Assembly: GCF_000743755.1 (NCBI RefSeq)
Contig: NW_014569544.1
Location: forward strand, 1 to 64,000
Direction of reading: 5' to 3'
DNA: 64,000 bases
From: Blastocystis sp. subtype 4
Taxonomy: Eukaryota
Part shown: positions 11,509 to 22,452 of the stretch, piece by piece
How positions within the stretch are numbered: position 1 is the first letter of the stretch
Layout: every line of letters begins with the position of its first letter
The notes under the pieces: model-generated
Seen by the model: the letters and a program-made list of their open reading frames with translations, nothing else
What the model was told of the DNA's origin: nothing
The model's database searches: none
Made by a program: the position numbers and the translations under genes

Positions 11509-12131
11509 ATGCAGCAGCAGGAAGAAGTGTCTCCAGAGGCGCTGGATGTTCAAATTGAGGAATTGGAGGGAGAGATTCAAATGTACAAAGAGTCTCTCAA
11601 AAAGTATATATCAAATCGTATGATCTTGAGAAATCTATTCAACATGTAGATGACCTTATCGAAGACCTTGATGTTGCGATCAGTCAGGAAGAGGTGGATC
11701 GACTTATTGCTTATGAAAACGGTAAGGCCATGCGAATTAAAATCATGAAGATGGATAATTCTTCTTTCAGTTTGGGTTCTTGCAATTGGTGATTCATAGC
11801 AGTCTTAGTCTACAAATCAGCCACATTAAATCATTTGAAGCTAGCCATTCGAGATTACATTCAGCGTGGACTCCCAGAAGGGAAGAATCAGCGGATTTCA
11901 TGGTATGACTCTGGGACTATGGTAAGGTGTAGGAAGTATATTTGGAGGAAATACTGTTTGCAATGTGAAGATGGGAAGAATATGTTGGATAACCGCAATT
12001 ATCTCAAGGATTTCGCCATACACGATGGATCAACCTTGAAGATGGTTGTCAAACCAATCATACGAAAAGAGAAACGACAACGTCAGGCAAATCAGAGGAA
12101 GCGGTTTTTCAATCCAAATTTGTTACGATAG
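11509..12131 (+). CDS. SNRNP25: U11/U12 snRNP 25 kDa protein (ubiquitin-like fold)
   Basis: EEVDRLIAYENGKAMRIKIMKMDNSSF.VLVYKSATLNHLKLAIRDY...ISWKYIWRKYCL matches the SNRNP25 pattern. Confidence 0.82.
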
Positions 12132-12152
12132 TCATTTTGATTGTTTGTTAGG

Positions 12153-12758
12153 ATGGCCAAGTACATTCCACCAAGGAATTTCAATATGGTTCTTGATGGA
12201 GTTTACAGATGCATCGTACCAACGGATCTAAACTTCCCTTTTCTCGATCGCTTGCATCTGAAAACTATTGTGTATTTATCCAATGAAGAAATACCAGATG
12301 CTCTGTATTTATGATTTTTTGTAGCAATAGTTCGTAGGAAACTCTTCTGCTTGGATTCGTCTATTACAATCCAACAAATCAAGTCACACGTTTCAGAGGA
12401 TTATTCGTTAGGTGATATCAATGAATCTGTAATTGTTTGGAGAGTTGATGTTTTATAGATGATCGTTGATGCGCTAAAGTGTGTACTGAAAGCTTCCAAT
12501 TTGCCAGTGATGATTATGAGTGAAGAAGGAAGTAATAAAACAGGAATCGTTGTTGCTTGCGTAAGGAAAAAACAGAAATGGAATCTCTCTTCTATCTTTG
12601 AAGAATATCGAAGGTATGATGGACCGAAGGTAAGGTATCGTCTGTTGGACTCATTGATCTAGTCAAACCTGGATAGTGAGCAATTCATTGAACTATTCGA
12701 TCCTGACCTAATTACGATTGCTCCTGATGAGTTTTCTGTATTTGAATTGTTAAGCTAA
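12153..12758 (+). CDS. Siw14/OCA-family tyrosine-phosphatase-like protein, probably catalytically inactive
   Basis: IPPRNFNMV..GVYR...NFPFL..LHLKTIVYLS; TGIVVACVRKKQKWNLSSIFEEYRRY; EQFIELFD. Confidence 0.85.
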
Positions 12759-12923
12759 GTTTGTTTATGTAACTATTGTGTGAATGTGATCTGTTTGTCA
12801 TTAACATTCTTATTCTTTTAGCTCCTTTTCTTTTTAATTTCGTGGCTTGTTCTATCGATGTCTTATCCTATAGAAAGGAGTTGTTTCTCGAGTTCTGTGT
12901 ATTGAGTATCTAGAAGTCCTAGA

Positions 12924-15049
12924 ATGTCATCTGTGAGTCAATATTGCGTTGTCCATGATCGTTTAGGAGGAATCCATGAAAGAGAAGGTGTTCATGCTGG
13001 AGCACCAGAATCTGGCATTAGCAAAACAGTACTTCTGCAGTCAGCAGGAAAATGATACTCTGAAGCAGGACAATTCTAGTTATACTTCCCAGATTCAGGA
13101 TCTGGAGTCGTATTGCATGTCCTATCAGAGTCTCCTTCAAATGATATACTCGAGAGTCAATTCTATCGTTTCTGATTTCTCTCGTTCAGTGGTAATGAAT
13201 GTTGCCCATTCCTCATATTTAGGGCCTATCCCTTGCCGAACCTCAAACGAATCACTTACTAGATGTGCTCGGGAAGGTTGTACGTTCTGAAGATGCTCTA
13301 GTTGCCATCTCCCACTTCACCCTCCCTGATAATCCAACTGATACAGAATTACCTCCTACAAAACGAGTAAAAACAGATGTAACTGATGGGTGTGTCGTTC
13401 TCTCCCGTCTGGAGGAATTGCAACGTTATCTTGAGGATCCCTCATCCAAAGCTGTTGCAGACCCCTCTCTCGATCCAGACTCTGTGAGAGAAGATGTACT
13501 GCGTGCTGCAGTGATCACTGCAGGTCAACGACTAGATCAACTAGGCACAGAAGTACAGTCACTCCGATTCCGCCTAAAACAGTCGCAGCGTGAAGTAGCC
13601 ACACTGAAAGCGGAACGTACGGTTTCCACGGATGAAGATACGCCCAGCATTCCTGAGAAACCTGTCATCTCACGGCCTGTTGCCACACCTGTTGCTACTC
13701 CTGCAGTATCACCTAAAACGGAAGGGAATGATGAGGCTCTGGCAAAGGAAGTGGAAATGCTGAAGTTGCAACTTCAGAGCCGGCAGGAGGCCGTGGCGGA
13801 GGCTGAAGCTGAAACAGCTCATCTCCGAGAGGAATTAGAGCGTGTGAAACAATCTTGTATGCAGAAAGTTGCTGAAAGTGCTTCTCGAGAACGAAAGGCA
13901 GTGTGGGAGATGGAAGCAGAGAGGAAACGAAACGCCACATTAGATTCAGCTAACAGGGACGAATGCAAGCGTTCGGAGCGGGATCGTGCTCGTTGTGAAG
14001 TGGCTCTGGCTTCAATGGAGTCACAGCTGAAGGAAGCTGATGATCACATAAAGGAAGAGAAAGAGCGATGTCGTAAGCAGGTGGAAACGGTAGAAAAGGA
14101 GTTGAAGAGGGTACAAGGGGAACGTGATGGCTTTGAACGCAAGTTGAAGCGTCATAAGCTGTTTGCCGAGGTGTTAGCGACAATGGAAGGAACAATAGAA
14201 CAACTTAACAAGGTATTATCGACATCCCTTGAAGGATCTGATGCTTCTTCTCGTGAGAAGGTTTTACGTCAACAGGTGACAGATATGAGCACAAGTCTCA
14301 TGCAGTTGAATAAAACCATCCACAAGACACAGAAATTGGTTGCGTATGGTGATAAGAAGAATGATCAGCTTCAGACAGAATTCCTAACTCAGCAGAAACA
14401 AATGGAAGCCCAGAAAGAGGAAATGGAACATGATCGAGAAGCATTAAAAGAGGCTCAGACACAGCTTAATGAAGCCAACGAAGAGATTGTGCGTCTCCGC
14501 AGTGCAAACGAGGCTCTGGAGAAGGCCGCTCAAGGACTGGCTGATGAGGTAAATGGTCTGCGAACAGAGGTGATGGATATGGCTGCATCAGATGATTCGT
14601 TCCAAAGCAAATGGCAGAAGGAGACTGCTGAAAATGAACGGTTGAGATCTCATATGATGGAATTGAATAAGGAAGTGACAACCCTCCGAACCAGTGTGAA
14701 GAAAGAACGCATTCGATTTGAGCGTCGTTTGATGGCAAGTCGAAGCGAAGAGGAGAAGGAAGTGATGGAATTGATGCAAGAGGAGATGCGACGTTACAAA
14801 GCAGAACTAATGTGTCCTGTGTGTAAAGTGAAGCCAAAGGATTGCATTCTGTGTAAGTGTCAGCATATCTTTTGTCGTGATTGTGTGGAAGAACGTATTT
14901 CGGTTTGAGTGTGGGTTTGAAATGACTTATAGAGACGAGAAAGAAAGTGCCCGACCTGTCTGTTGCCTTTTGGAGTTGATGATGTGAAGCGGGTTTGGAT
15001 TATTAATGATCCTCAATTATATGAGGAATTGAAATCGGACGAAAATTGA
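12924..15049 (+). CDS. BRE1: BRE1/HUB1-like E3 ubiquitin ligase (long coiled coil + C-terminal RING)
   Basis: C-terminal LMCPVCKVKPKDCILCKCQHIFCRDCVEERIS|TRERKCPTCLLPFGVDDVKRVW. Confidence 0.78.
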
Positions 15050-15122
15050 GATTATCCTGTTTGTTGGTATCCTTATCTGGAACTGCATTCTGTAATCACA
15101 CATGATTGTGTTAGTGAATGGA

Positions 15123-16816
15123 ATGGAGTCCAATCAGTCTTCACTAAATCATGTTATTGGCGGAATGGATGATGTAGTTTCTGATTTAGTGAACGTCATC
15201 ACAGAATCACTCCGTTGTCAGAAATCACCGTAATTTTACTCGTCATAGCTTGCTAAACTGGTAGACTTTCCGTTGCATCCGGTATTCTTGTTACTGGAAG
15301 TGTTGGTTCTGGGAAGTCGTTCCTCGTTTCTCAAGTATTAAAATATCTTGATGTTCCTACACTTTTTGTCAGAAGTGCTTCAGTTGTTCAAGCTAACATC
15401 GGTGAAAGCGAACGATATCTCCGTGTATATCCATCCTGTGAATTGAATGAATAGAGTGTGTTTTCTTTTGCTGATCAGAATCCACAGTGTGTGATTGCCT
15501 TTGATGATCTTGATGTTCTGGTTCCTACCCTGTCAAATGTTTCTTCCATGTTTCAGGTACGGTTATCATCGTATTTTTTACGAGAACTCCGTTATCGCAA
15601 TTGGCAAGCAAATGGGACTGTGTTGCTCGGTATTGTTGGAGATAATCAGTTATCCTGTTTGAATGCTGAAATCCGTTGTTGTGGATTCATGGATACTGTG
15701 ATTCACATCCCTCGTTTAGATAAAAGGCGAAGGAAAGCCATGATTGATTGTTTATTACAATCTAAAGAGGTTGATATGGATGTGAAAGAGTGGCTGTGTG
15801 AGCAGACAGCTTCATACTCAGCTGCCGATCTGAGTTATCTATGTTCGAAGCTTCTTAGTCCTATCATAGATAAAATAACGATTGATGTATGCAAAGAGAA
15901 CCTTAGTTCGAATATCCCATCATCTTCGAGAGAACTTCATACTGTACGACCGTTGGAAGGGGGATTCGCTTCTTTGTTTGGTATTAACAATATCATAGAA
16001 CGAGTGAAGGAGACAATCATTCAACCTCTCTTGCATCCTGAAGCATATCAATTGTATCACTTGCAACCTCCTTCAGGTGCCATATTTTATGGACCTTCGG
16101 GAACTGGTAAAAGTGCGATGATTGAAGCTATTGCTGCTGAAACAAGGAACCAAATCCAAGTCATTGAGATTTCGTGTACTGATATCCTTGGAAAGGTAAG
16201 AAAGAATTAAAATTGTTATGAATAGTATCTCGGTGACTCGGAGAAGAAGCTGCGAGAAGTATTTAACCAAGCTCGACTGGCTTCTCCGTGTATCTTGTTC
16301 CTAGACAATATTGAGAATTTGGCCCAGATTCGAGGACAGGATTCGAGTGAAGAGAAGTTCGTTTGCAGAACGGATTTCACCTGTAGAACCTTTGATCGGT
16401 TACTGAGTTGCCTCTTAACGGAGTTGGATGGACTCTATAGTTGTGTAGGAATAGAGAATAGGTCTGAAAAGTAGCGGAATCAGAATGTAATGGTAATAGG
16501 AAGTACTACTAACATCCGAAATTTGGATACATCTATTCTGCGTCCAGGACGACTAGAGGAACATATCCACTTCCTACTACCAACTCCAGAAATGCGTTTA
16601 GAGATGATAAAATCCTTGTTAAAGGATATCCCTCTTCAGAAGGAGGATGAACGAGAACAAATCATACAGTGGTTATGTTGGCGAACTTCGGACAAGTCGG
16701 TTGCAGAAATCAAAGGAGCCATTTCTCAAGCCATTTGTTTGGCTATGAAAGAGAGCGAGAGTATTATCATGGTGACAAGAAATCACTTTATCACAAGTCT
16801 TGACTCAGGAAATTAA
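15123..16816 (+). CDS. CDC48-family double AAA ATPase (AFG2/SPATA5-like) without a long N-domain
   Basis: Walker A GSVGSGKS and GPSGTGKS; GDSEKKLREVFNQAR; DRLLSCLLTELDG; ILRPGRLE. Confidence 0.85.
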
Positions 16817-17032
16817 TGATTCCATATTATTGTGGATGAATAGAGATTGATTATTAATTAGTTGGAGTTGATTTGTTTCCTACTAGTAATTGGATTAAAT
16901 TAATCGATTTGATGAGAAATTAATGATTACTTATTATTATATATCACGAACCTATTCAATCCAATTAATGACTTCGCCCATTCAGCAACTACTATTGAAA
17001 ATGAAATAATCTACTCCCATTATTGAATCCCA

Positions 17033-18053
17033 ATGAATCGTAGTCCCATCACAATCGAATCACAACATGGTGATATGGTGGTAAGAATCAAATGGACTTG
17101 TTTGATCATCAGCATGATGCGCAACTCGATTACTATGGAAAGATCCTTGCAACATGCTCTTCGGACAATCGGATTCGAGTTTATAACGTTGATAATGGAA
17201 CATCGGAGCTACTAGTCGAAATCGCCGAGTAAGACACATTGTTACAATTTTATCTAGACATTCAGGTCCTGTATGGAGGTTAAGTTGGTCACATCCAAAA
17301 TTCGGTTCCTATCTTGCTTCTTGCAGCTATGATGGATCGGTAAAGATCTTCTCCATTTCGAAAGAGAAATCATACACAGTAGTCTACACATATACAGGTC
17401 ACAATTCGTCAGGTACCATTATTGTTCTTTGTTTGACAATAGTCAATTGTTTAGAATGGGCCCCTCCTGAGTATGGAGCCGCTCTGGCAACGGCATCTAG
17501 TGATGGAAATGTTGCCATTCTCTACAAAGCAAATGATACCGAATGGAATTCGCAGCAAGTCGTGGTATGTCGTATGGGTTGCAATGCTGTATCATGGTGT
17601 CCATATCGGCCATCGTCAAAAGAGACGGGTTCTGTTCTTCGCGTAGCTGTGGCCGCAGGAGATTCCTGTGTTCATATTCTGAAATGTTTCATCTCTCCTT
17701 CTAACCCATGGGATTTGGAGACGAAATTACGAGGACATGGTGATCGAGTACGGGATGTTTCTTGGTGTCCTTTCATCGGTATTACAACCAATAGAGTGGC
17801 TTCCTGTGGACGTGTATGGATATTGAGTCATTGTAAGGAATAGGATAGACAACTCATTGTATGGAGTCAAGAGAGTGGAGAAGACTGGTCCAAATCATTT
17901 AGCCATCAGTATTCGGATATGATATGGCGTGTGAATTGGTCTGTTACTGGAAACCTCCTCGTGGTATCTCATGGAGCGAATGGAGTGGACCTATGGAAAG
18001 AGAACTTGGACCATACGTGGAGACTTCTCAGCTCCAAATCTATAGATTCTTAG
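17033..18053 (+). CDS. SEC13: COPII/nuclear pore WD40 protein Sec13
   Basis: [66 protein letters not shown]. Confidence 0.95.
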
Positions 18054-18092
18054 TCACCTGTCTTTTTCATTGTTTGTTATCTCATTCATTCG

Positions 18093-18799
18093 ATGGATGA
18101 TAATGGAAAGGAAAAGCGGAAACAGGCATTAAAGGAAAAGGTAAAAGAACATCGACAATGGTTGGAGGACATGAAAGTGAAGCAGATGATTATTTCAAAG
18201 AAACTCAATGGAAAACGGAAAGAAGATCTTAGGAAGAGTGTGATCCGTAAGGCAGAAAAGGCTTTGTACAGTGGTACCTGAAATGATATGCAACTTTACT
18301 GGTTAGATAGCTTCGAAGATATACAATCTAATAAAGATGAAAAAACAAAGGAAGAGAAGAATAAGAACAATGTCGGATTTAAACACTTGAATATAGTTTA
18401 GGTATCTTTAGAAACGAAGCGACAACGGTTCTTCGCTAAACACTTGAACCTAACTGCAGATTATCCAAAAACAGCTTCAGAAGTCGTTCTGTAAGATAAT
18501 TTTAACGAATAGGATCGATTAGAAAAGGAGATGGATGTGGCTATTTCAAAGGGAGATTTCCGTAAAGCAGAACGACTCAATAAGGAGTTGTACAATATTC
18601 ATATCGCAAAGGCTGTGCAAGATGCATCTGCAAAAGCAAGCTATGAAATGGAACGACTAGTAGGAATTAGTGATCGTTACCAAGGTAGAAAGAGGAAAAT
18701 AAGCCGAAACCTATGTTGGATTGGAAGTGGGGAGTGAAGGAGAGAATAACATGTAGATTCAATCGAAAAGCTCGATGGGAACGAAAGGGAAATAGTTAA
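18093..18799 (+). CDS. FAM204A-like protein
   Basis: LEKEMDVAISKGDFRKAERLNKEL and C-terminal LDWKFNRKARWERKGNS resemble the FAM204A C-terminus. Confidence 0.65.
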
Positions 18800-18869
18800 T
18801 TGCAATGTATGATTGTTGTAACAAATACAAAGAACTGTGATGAACACAGTTTATAGGAATAGTTCATAT

Positions 18870-21156
18870 TCACTTCGATAATGCCTTATCAACGGCAGTA
18901 CGTAATTCATGAGCTGCTTCACGAATGTCTGGACGATTAAAAATTGCACTGATAACAGCAATACCCACTATCTCTCAACTCGTATTTCCACTCTTACCTG
19001 CTCCTGCTTCAATTGTCTCTCCAGCATTCTGAGCATTTACACCTCCAATCGACACAACAGGGATATCAACAGACTCACACACACGTCGTAATCCCTCCAC
19101 ACCAACAGCATCAGCGTCATCCTTACTTCTACAGCTCATTTCTCACTCCCATGCATACATTGTAGGATAGACTGCTCCTGTTCCCAGATAGTCTGCACCG
19201 TCCTTTTCTGCTTGAATGGCTTGTTCAGGAGTCTGAGCAGATACGCCCAGAATCTTGTCAGGACCCAGCAATCGTCTACAAAGAGCAGCATTCATATCAT
19301 GCTGCCCGATATGAACTCCATCAGCATGACTCTAAACAGAACACATCGAATTCACACTTTACCACAATTGCAACATCCACACGATCATTAATGATCAAAG
19401 GAATACCTTCAGCAGCTAGAATGTCCTTCAACTGATTCGCATGTTCCACCATACGATCTGACCTTAACTCACCTCTTCACTCCTACCAAAGTTCTCAGTC
19501 TTGTCTCGAATCTGTACCATTGTTGCCCCTCCATGTATACTCTCCAGTACAGCATGTTCCATCCTAACACCTCCTTCTTCATTCAAAGCATCATTTGTTA
19601 GAGCCATCAAACGACACTGATCGGCAGTACATCGCTTACCTGCAGAAGGTCGCTTCAGTATCCAGGCATCTAGCTGGGATAACGAATAACCGAGAACAGC
19701 CACGACTTCACTCCAACTCTCACTTTCAAACACGGTGTGTTCATATGATTCTCCATATAAATACTCCCAGAGGGGTCGAATAGTGATGTGGTATCGATCA
19801 CACACCTCACGGAACGTGTTGCCAGGTGTCAGAACCACAGCCACATCCGCTTGCATCATCATTCCGAGATCACCCAAACCATCTCCAACCACCACCGTAC
19901 ATGCAGGATTACGTCGTTGCACACTAGATCAAGACACACTCACACAAACTACATAGTCGTCATAACTTGTCGTTTCCCAAGACAGCCCGCACAAGCCGGA
20001 TCCAACTCTCCTGTTGCCACTCCGTCAGTATACACCAGACGAGAAGTAAACACGTTCTCCATAGGAATAGGAATGATGGGATAGTGAACATTGTGTTGGA
20101 GAGACTCGATCACCATCTCTCGGTACCAGGACTGTGATACTATATAAGCATCGCTCACAGGGACAAGATGGGTGATAGCATACGACACATTCTCCCTGAA
20201 CTCAATCAGACGAGACACCAAACGCACAGTGTATTCCTGTAGACCTTGGAAGAGACCAGATGATACTACAGGCGTCAACGAGTTACGGTCCATAGCATCA
20301 TATCCCTGAAGAAAACTGTCCAACGAAGGAGCCTTTCGTAATTCATTCATCGTTCTATTTGTGAGATTCCCATGATTATCATACTCGTCATAGACATTAC
20401 TGAAATCTTTCAAGAGCATGTCATACTCCAAAGCACGGTTTCTTCCATCATTGTTAAACAAATCACCTCCCAGGATACCCACATTCTACAGAAAACTTCC
20501 ATATCATTCCTTACACACGTATCTTTTGTGGTGATTGTTCCATCGTAATCCAACACAAGAAGACGATCAGTCACTGGAAGATAGTACTGACAAAGAGATG
20601 GAATTGAGTACTGAAATAAAAGACGAATACTGTGCTGGGCATCTTCCTTGTTGATACTATCAATTGAAAAAGAATTCAAGAGAGAGGAATCCTGTGAGTG
20701 ATAGGCCAATGAAAGAAATACAAATAGAGGGAGAAGCCAAGAATATACAAGACTCTGAGGAAGTTTTGCAACGAGATCTGCAAAACAAACCACAAATGAA
20801 GATAAAAACCCAATGTCCTTGCATTGCTCTATAGTGGACAAGAAGTAATCCTTCAGTGAATGACACTTGCTGCTCCACTGGTTCTTGACACTATTAGCAA
20901 ATTCACCCAGTTTTTTTGTAACTTCACTATCAGAGGGACATTTCTCAATCGCTGAAACAAGGAGTCTAGAAGAGTCACGTACGAAATGTGTCACCCTACT
21001 TCAAAACATCATCAATAAATGAGGTAAGTTCAGAAACAATATGCAAATCCTTTTTCGATACAACCTCCACTAGTCGAGAAGCATATCTGGATAATAAAAT
21101 ATAGTGAGAAATAGATACTCTAAAATATCACGATCAATGGTAAGATAATTGTTCAT
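18870..21156 (-). CDS. Fusion of a degenerate helical (TenA-like?) domain, HAD phosphatase and thiamine-phosphate synthase (ThiE)
   Basis: HAD motifs [10 protein letters not shown] and VGDGLGD...ADVA; ThiE motifs [22 protein letters not shown]...[29 protein letters not shown]; 5' end unresolved. Confidence 0.85.
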
Positions 21157-21281
21157 TCGAGCAAACTCAAGAAAATGAGAAAACGAGAGAAGTGATCACA
21201 TATATTGCTAATCAAGAGGTTATGAATCACTTAACAATGCTCATTCTTATTCTAAACTAGAATAGTATCTAGTACTAACCC

Positions 21282-22427
21282 ATGAATGGTTTTATAACAG
21301 TAAAGAAAAAGAATGTGGGGAAAAGGAAAACACAATCGCGAAGTCGTTTCTTTATCTGATTTTTTGATTCATAGACATACCAATGAAAACAAATGAATCA
21401 ACAAAGAAACCAAAGGATAACTCAATATCTATGAATGTTCCTTCTGCATCCCAGGAAGCATTAGAAAGGAGAAGGACTCGATTTGCTACTAAACAGAACG
21501 TTCCAACACCTGCACCCACTTTATCATCTACTGAACCAATTGTCGGAACATGTATGGTGTTGGAAAAGGCATATTTCAGATTAACAACACAACCAATTGC
21601 GAGCGATATTCGGCCAGAATCGGTGCTGAAGCAAGCATTTAAGAGACTTAAATCGCTCTGGAAGTCACACTATGATATGAAGTATCTATTTGTGTAATTT
21701 GTTAAAATAGTTATTTGATGGACCAGATGAAAGCTATTCGGCAAGATCTTGTTGTTCAACACATCAACAACAAGTTTGCGGTCAAGGTTTATGAGACAAA
21801 TGCGCGAATGTCACTAGAGGTAGGTGATCTGAACGAGTTTAATCAAGTAACACTTCTTCCTTCCTTTTATGTAGTGCCAATCCATGCTTACTGTTCTCTA
21901 CCAGACGCAAACATCGAAACATGTCCTTGAATTCCTTGCATATTCCTTGATCTATGATGCTATGATGGTTCAACTGATTGGTCTTCCTTATATATAGCAT
22001 AACTCATTGGATTTGAGTCGGCATCTTACTCATGCTCATGAGCATCTCACTCACAAACATATTCGGCATGCCTTATTTGTTATTATATGGTTGTAGTCTC
22101 ATCCATAGGTTGTAGAAGCTATCCGACTGTGTGAATATGCCTATTATTGTCGTCTTTTGGAAGCAGCTCCTTCGGGAAGTCATGAACTCATGATGATTCA
22201 TCTACCTGTGATGCGACGACGAATGCTGAAACTAGCACTGGCATCTGCGATGCCCTCTCTATCTGTATCCTTAATTGCAGTAGTTTCTTTGTGTATGCTA
22301 TGATGGTAGACTGTATTAGAAATGAGTGAGGAAGATGTCCAGGGATTGTTGTCTCAGTATCAAATAACCTTTAGTGATCGAGTGGAGATTGTTCCTAATA
22401 AAGTGGCTATTCAACACATCCCCTTTT
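21282..22427 (+). CDS. SAC3/GANP-domain protein (LENG8/Thp3-like); stop probably made by polyadenylation
   Basis: [17 protein letters not shown]...[22 protein letters not shown]...[20 protein letters not shown]. Confidence 0.9.
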
Positions 22428-22431
22428 TAAC

Positions 22432-22448
22432 TGTTTCTTGAACAAACA
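22432..22448. terminator. Back-to-back 3'-end processing motifs of two convergent genes (TGTTTCTT on +, TGTTTGTT on -)
   Basis: tgtttctt-g-aacaaaca; each motif lies 4 nt from a codon-initial T of its gene. Confidence 0.75.
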
Positions 22449-22452
22449 ATCG

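Noticed and set aside
13713..14837. Antisense ORFs over BRE1, and similar shadow ORFs over the giant gene, deaminase and other CDSs
   Set aside because: Shadow frames of genuine coding strands with no recognisable motifs
15067..15075. GTATCCTTA, resembling a U12 GT donor
   Set aside because: Lies directly after the BRE1 3'-end motif in intergenic DNA, with no clear branch site or reading frame to restore
22266..22274. GTATCCTTA in the SAC3/GANP gene
   Set aside because: Reads in frame as SVSLIA and a normal GT-AG intron follows
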